From an uncultured bacterium (lineage in GTDB: Bacteria; Cyanobacteriota; Cyanobacteriia; CAZCXK01), in assembly GCA_964502605.1 (NCBI GenBank), contig CAZCXK010000013.1, positions 703 to 64,702 of the forward strand: 64,000 nucleotides of DNA. Direction: 5' to 3'. Below, piece by piece: positions 60,650-64,000 of this stretch. How positions within the stretch are numbered: position 1 is the stretch's first letter; each line of letters starts with the position of its first letter. The notes under the pieces were generated by a model. It searched no databases. It was given only the letters and a program-made list of their open reading frames with translations, and had not been told where the DNA came from. The translations under genes and the position numbers were made by a program.

Positions 60650-62308
60650 TCAGAGCGCGTAAAGTGAGATCGGCTCCAGCACCGGAGTCAACGTCAGGCC
60701 AAACTCGGCCTCAAAGCTAGTTTTCTTATACGCTAGACTCCACAGTTCTAGGCTGCAATCATCATCAGAGTTGCTGTTTTGCAAACAGAGACGCATCTCC
60801 TTATTATCAGCATGATAGTCACAGCGCAGGTCTTGAATCGCCCCAATCTGACGGCGATCAAGGGCAACTGCAACCCGCAACAGGGCGCTGAGCTGATCAA
60901 CCACCTGACGATGGAGTTTGCTGCCCAAATTGCGATAGTTTTCGTGTTTCTTTTTGGGAGCACTCTTGCGATGATAGCGAGCTAAGTTAGCAACTGTTTC
61001 AATCTCGACTTCGGTGTAGCCAAGCAGTTCGCCATTGCGAATCAGATAGTAAGAGTGTTTGTGGTGAGCAGCATGGCTGACGAAGTGGCCGCAGTTATGC
61101 AGGATAGCCGCTGCCCATAGCAGCCCTCGTTCTTCTACATGCCAGTTATGCAACAGACCTTGCGTCTGATCAAATAGGCTGAGCGCCAGTCGCGCCACAT
61201 GTTCGCCATGCGCCAGGTTAACGTGATACTTGTGCGCCAGTTTGAGGACACTGCGCTGACGGATAGAGCTTTGATAGCGCAGACGATCGTCGATCAGGCC
61301 ATGGGTGAGCATCCAATCCACCACGACACCTTCGCGCAGCGATCGCTCACAGAGCGTCACCGAGTCTACGTGCAGCAGCGTCATAGCCTCCTGGAGAATC
61401 ATTGCGCCAGCGAGGATAATTTCCGCCCGTTTATCAGACATTCCAGGGATGTTGAGTCGGTCTTTATAGTCGAGCTTGCGGAGACGAGTGACGATATCGT
61501 GCAAATCATGCAGGCTCAGTTCGTAGCCATTAAGAGTGCCTGGGGCTTCGCCAAGTTTATCATAAGCATGGATGGTCGCCAACGCTTCAATCGTGCCAGA
61601 GGTGCCTACGAGGCGGGGTACTTCACCTGGATGCAACTTCGACTGCAACTCTTCGATTGGGCGTTCTAACATGCCGCGCACGAATGCTTGCAGATAGGCA
61701 AACTCTTCGATGTTGATGGGGTCAGTCGTGATCAATTCAGCGGTGAGGCGCACGGCCCCTACTTTGGTGCTGCTAAGCACGCGGGGGTCATCTCCGTCGC
61801 CCAAAATCAGCTCGGTGGAGCCACCACCGATATCAATCATGATGTGGGGTTGGTGATGAAACTCCATACCCGACAACACGCCCAGATAGATGCGTCGTGC
61901 TTCTTCTTCCCCTGAAATAAGATTGACTGAGAAGCCCAGCTTTACTTCGACTGCATGCAGAAAATCTCGACCGTTGGGAGATTCTCGCACAGCGCTGGTG
62001 GCGACAGCGACAATGTCTTCGGCATGCATGCTTTTGGCGAGTTCGTAGCAGCGTTTGAGAGCGTCAAGCCCACGCTGCATGGCCTCAGGCGTAAGTCGCC
62101 CTGTTTCATGATCGCGATCGCCCAACCGCACCGTATCCTTCTCTTTAGCGATAATCGAAAACGAGGGTAGGTCAGGTTGAATCTTGACGATGACTAAATG
62201 AATGGAGTTAGTGCCGACATCAATAGCTGCCAAGATGCGATCGCGGCTAGCAGACGACAAAGAAGGCTGGAGCAAGTCATCATTGCTCGGGCGTGTTGAA
62301 TAAACCAT
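60650..62308 (-). CDS. ppx: Ppx/GppA-family exopolyphosphatase / guanosine pentaphosphate phosphohydrolase with C-terminal HD domain
   Basis: ILAAIDVGTNSIHLVIVKI (Ppx/GppA N-terminus); C-terminal HD motif (AAILHNCGHFVSHAAHHKHS). Confidence 0.8.
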   Translation of the reverse strand: MVYSTRPSNDDLLQPSLSSASRDRILAAIDVGTNSIHLVIVKIQPDLPSFSIIAKEKDTVRLGDRDHETGRLTPEAMQRGLDALKRCYELAKSMHAEDIVAVATSAVRESPNGRDFLHAVEVKLGFSVNLISGEEEARRIYLGVLSGMEFHHQPHIMIDIGGGSTELILGDGDDPRVLSSTKVGAVRLTAELITTDPINIEEFAYLQAFVRGMLERPIEELQSKLHPGEVPRLVGTSGTIEALATIHAYDKLGEAPGTLNGYELSLHDLHDIVTRLRKLDYKDRLNIPGMSDKRAEIILAGAMILQEAMTLLHVDSVTLCERSLREGVVVDWMLTHGLIDDRLRYQSSIRQRSVLKLAHKYHVNLAHGEHVARLALSLFDQTQGLLHNWHVEERGLLWAAAILHNCGHFVSHAAHHKHSYYLIRNGELLGYTEVEIETVANLARYHRKSAPKKKHENYRNLGSKLHRQVVDQLSALLRVAVALDRRQIGAIQDLRCDYHADNKEMRLCLQNSNSDDDCSLELWSLAYKKTSFEAEFGLTLTPVLEPISLYAL

Positions 62309-62643
62309 CTAACCGAGTTCCATGCCACAACGGGGTTACGTTCGGTCGCTACAGGCGACAGCATGAACCAACCGGATGGTTAACACCGAGATCAGCGACT
62401 GACCATCCAGCTAGAACACAGAGCTTGAGCGCAGAGATCAAATACAAAGTTTGGGCGATCGCCTCTCAAGCCAGTCCTGCTGGATTTGGCAGGTCAATGC
62501 TGAATAGAATCGCGGAAACTAAGCGTTAAATTGGGTTCTGCGGTATTGCTTTCGACCAGTTTATACCCAGGGTTGTCTCGATCTTATCGCGGTCTGTGCC
62601 GGATTCTGTGAGCGGCCTATTCAAATTTGTGGAGTTATAGGTA

Positions 62644-62731
62644 AAGTTTACAGCGGCTTTAGAGAAAGTTTACAGCGGCTTTAGAGTTAGTGATGACATT
62701 AAAGCGGTGATATAAAGCGGTGACATAAATT
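62644..62731. repeat. Cluster of direct repeats: 22-bp unit AAAGTTTACAGCGGCTTTAGAG x2 in tandem, then GTGAYATAAA-type motifs x3
   Basis: Read directly from the sequence. It lies between the parA-like stop (62928) and the ppx start (62308). Confidence 0.8.
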
Positions 62732-62927
62732 GGCGCAATCGTTGCTACGCACGGGCAAGGCGATCGCTAGGTGGCTGATGCAGTCAATTGATCAGGCATG
62801 TGGCATCAGGCATGTGGCACTAGGCACTCTTAGTCAAATCATTTCATCGACAAACCGTCGGATCGGGGTCAATTTGGCAACTATCACAGGGGCTCGGGCA
62901 TCGGCCCATGTCCCAACTGAGGCGAGG

Positions 62928-63533
62928 TCAAACACGCGTCAAATGGGTCAGCAGTTCTGCTCCCACCTGCTGATAATCTTGCCATGCCTGCTCTGCCTTG
63001 GGATCTTTGACCAAATACACGGGAATGCCGCCACGCGCAGCTTTCTGAAAGGCGGCAAAGCGGCGGACGCCCGCTGACAACACGGGCAAGTTGGCCTCCT
63101 GCAACATCGTTCTCACCTGCTCTCCACTGCGGCTTGGGTGCGGAGGAATAATCGTCAGCACGATGCGATAGCGAGTTGCCCCTACAGACTGGAGATATTC
63201 CAGCGTCAGGGCGAGGGCATCTAAGGCCAAAATATCTGGCGTCGTTGGCAGCACCAGCAGGTCGCAGCTATCAGTCAGGATCGCCAGTTCATTGGGCATG
63301 GGGCGAGCCTGCGTGTCAATGACAACGTGATGATAGCGGCGATTGCGCGCGGGCTGCCACTCATCCACCATTTCAAACGGCAGTTCTCCACGCTGGGCCC
63401 ATGCGGTGGCAGAGCGGTTGGGATCAGCATCAATCAGCAGCGTTGCGGCCTGGGTTTGCAAATAGGCCGCCAGATGAATTGCTGTCGTTGTTTTGCCGAC
63501 GCCGCCTTTAAAACTGGCGATGGTGATAATCAT
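62928..63533 (-). CDS. ParA/MinD-family P-loop ATPase (small orphan ParA-like)
   Basis: Deviant Walker A with signature lysine FKGGVGKTTTAIHLA; DADPNRSAT; ~200 aa. No ParB-like ORF is adjacent. Confidence 0.7.
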   Translation of the reverse strand: MIITIASFKGGVGKTTTAIHLAAYLQTQAATLLIDADPNRSATAWAQRGELPFEMVDEWQPARNRRYHHVVIDTQARPMPNELAILTDSCDLLVLPTTPDILALDALALTLEYLQSVGATRYRIVLTIIPPHPSRSGEQVRTMLQEANLPVLSAGVRRFAAFQKAARGGIPVYLVKDPKAEQAWQDYQQVGAELLTHLTRV

Positions 63534-63759
63534 GAGACGAATCCCTGCATTGGTCTGGGGTTCTGGCTGTATAGCCGATCAGCACAAGAAAGATATTCTA
63601 AAGAAGGTTCATGCTGATGCTCATTCCTCAAGTGAGTTAAAACTTGAGTCAGGCTCCAGGATGAGGAATACTCCTGCGGGGGCTGTGAGATTCATTGGCT
63701 CATTCCTAACGGCAACGGCAACAGCAACCCAACTGATATTAGATGTCTTCCTTCTGACT

Positions 63760-64000
63760 ATGCTGACGCATTCTCACAAACCTGAGTCAACGTGGCAAGC
63801 AGTATTTCGGCTGTTGCGGTGGCACAAACCTGCCGGACGGCTGATTTTGATGATCCCGGCATTATGGGCCCTGTTTTTGGGAGCACACAGCGTCGAAGCC
63901 GGAGCATTGCCGCCTCTCCCGTTGGTGGGGGTAATTATTATCGGCAGTTTGGCGACCAGTGCTGCCGGATGTGTCATCAATGATCTCTGGGATCGCAATA
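63760..64000 (+). CDS. UbiA-family 4-hydroxybenzoate polyprenyltransferase (plastoquinone/ubiquinone pathway), partial (C-terminus beyond window)
   Basis: Hand translation from ATG 63760: MLTHSHKPESTWQAVFRLLRWHKPAGRLILMIPALWALFLGAH...GCVINDLWDRN. It contains the UbiA aspartate-rich NDxxDxxxD start. Open to the window end; absent from the track because it is partial. Confidence 0.6.
   Translation, partial: MLTHSHKPESTWQAVFRLLRWHKPAGRLILMIPALWALFLGAHSVEAGALPPLPLVGVIIIGSLATSAAGCVINDLWDRN

Noticed and set aside
62530-62927. Possible small ParB/McdB-like ORF downstream of ParA on the minus strand
   Set aside because: Hand translation of the minus strand here gave only a ~22-codon ATG-initiated frame (MGRCPSPCDSCQIDPDPTVCR). 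That is too short and too Cys/Pro-rich to call. I leave it as an open question in the findings.
62730-63077. 115-aa plus-strand ORF overlapping the ParA-like gene
   Set aside because: Antisense to a well-supported P-loop ATPase ORF; likely spurious.

Overview
This window reads as cyanobacterial chromosome. GC is about 55%, the HIP1 palindrome GCGATCGC occurs dozens of times, and the genes are cyanobacterial in character (BicA-like bicarbonate transporter, AcsF cyclase, TatC, plastoquinone-type UbiA, DUF3110/DUF3067/DUF3082-like ORFs). About 55 protein-coding genes are supportable. I found no rRNA, tRNA or CRISPR array.

Most of the window is housekeeping. In window order: pepA, a lytic transglycosylase, tatC, uspA-like, a FeS-BCP (6-4) photolyase/cryptochrome, ispE, ksgA/rsmA, metG, a site-2 protease, alr, hisIE, two MsbA-like ABC exporters, a YdcF/DUF218 protein, bicA, a 1637-aa TamB-like protein, murQ, acsF and ppx.

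Accessory and mobile features sit between these blocks:
- Positions 1-6700: a translationally coupled ECF sigma / anti-sigma pair, an RTX beta-roll calcium-binding protein, and an ABC exporter. The exporter's reading frame carries two in-frame copies of a short repetitive element. Outward-facing IS701/IS4-like transposase remnants bracket it, and a 14-bp tandem repeat lies in its leader.
- A ~140-bp MITE-like dispersed repeat with an internal hairpin, present twice (about 7080-7216 and 39152-39296).
- An IS630 transposase remnant at about 38426-38830.
- A 600-bp AT-rich island (28831-29443) carrying direct repeats, immediately upstream of a ComFB-like gene and a histidine kinase.

Other items worth a second look:
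- a PilZ-containing cellulose-synthase-like GT2;
- a membrane-anchored C39-like cysteine peptidase with a peptidoglycan-binding domain;
- a TPR-fused Ser/Thr kinase whose catalytic Lys, Asp and DFG residues are all substituted (predicted pseudokinase);
- a short, lid-less Hsp70-family protein next to an EI24/CysZ-like membrane protein;
- an orphan ParA-like ATPase followed by clustered direct repeats that could be a centromere or positioning site.

The supplied ORF track uses GTG/TTG as well as ATG starts. Several listed starts are therefore over-extended, and I give refined starts where the sequence supports one. All functional calls rest on motif recognition from the translated ORFs; no database search was run.
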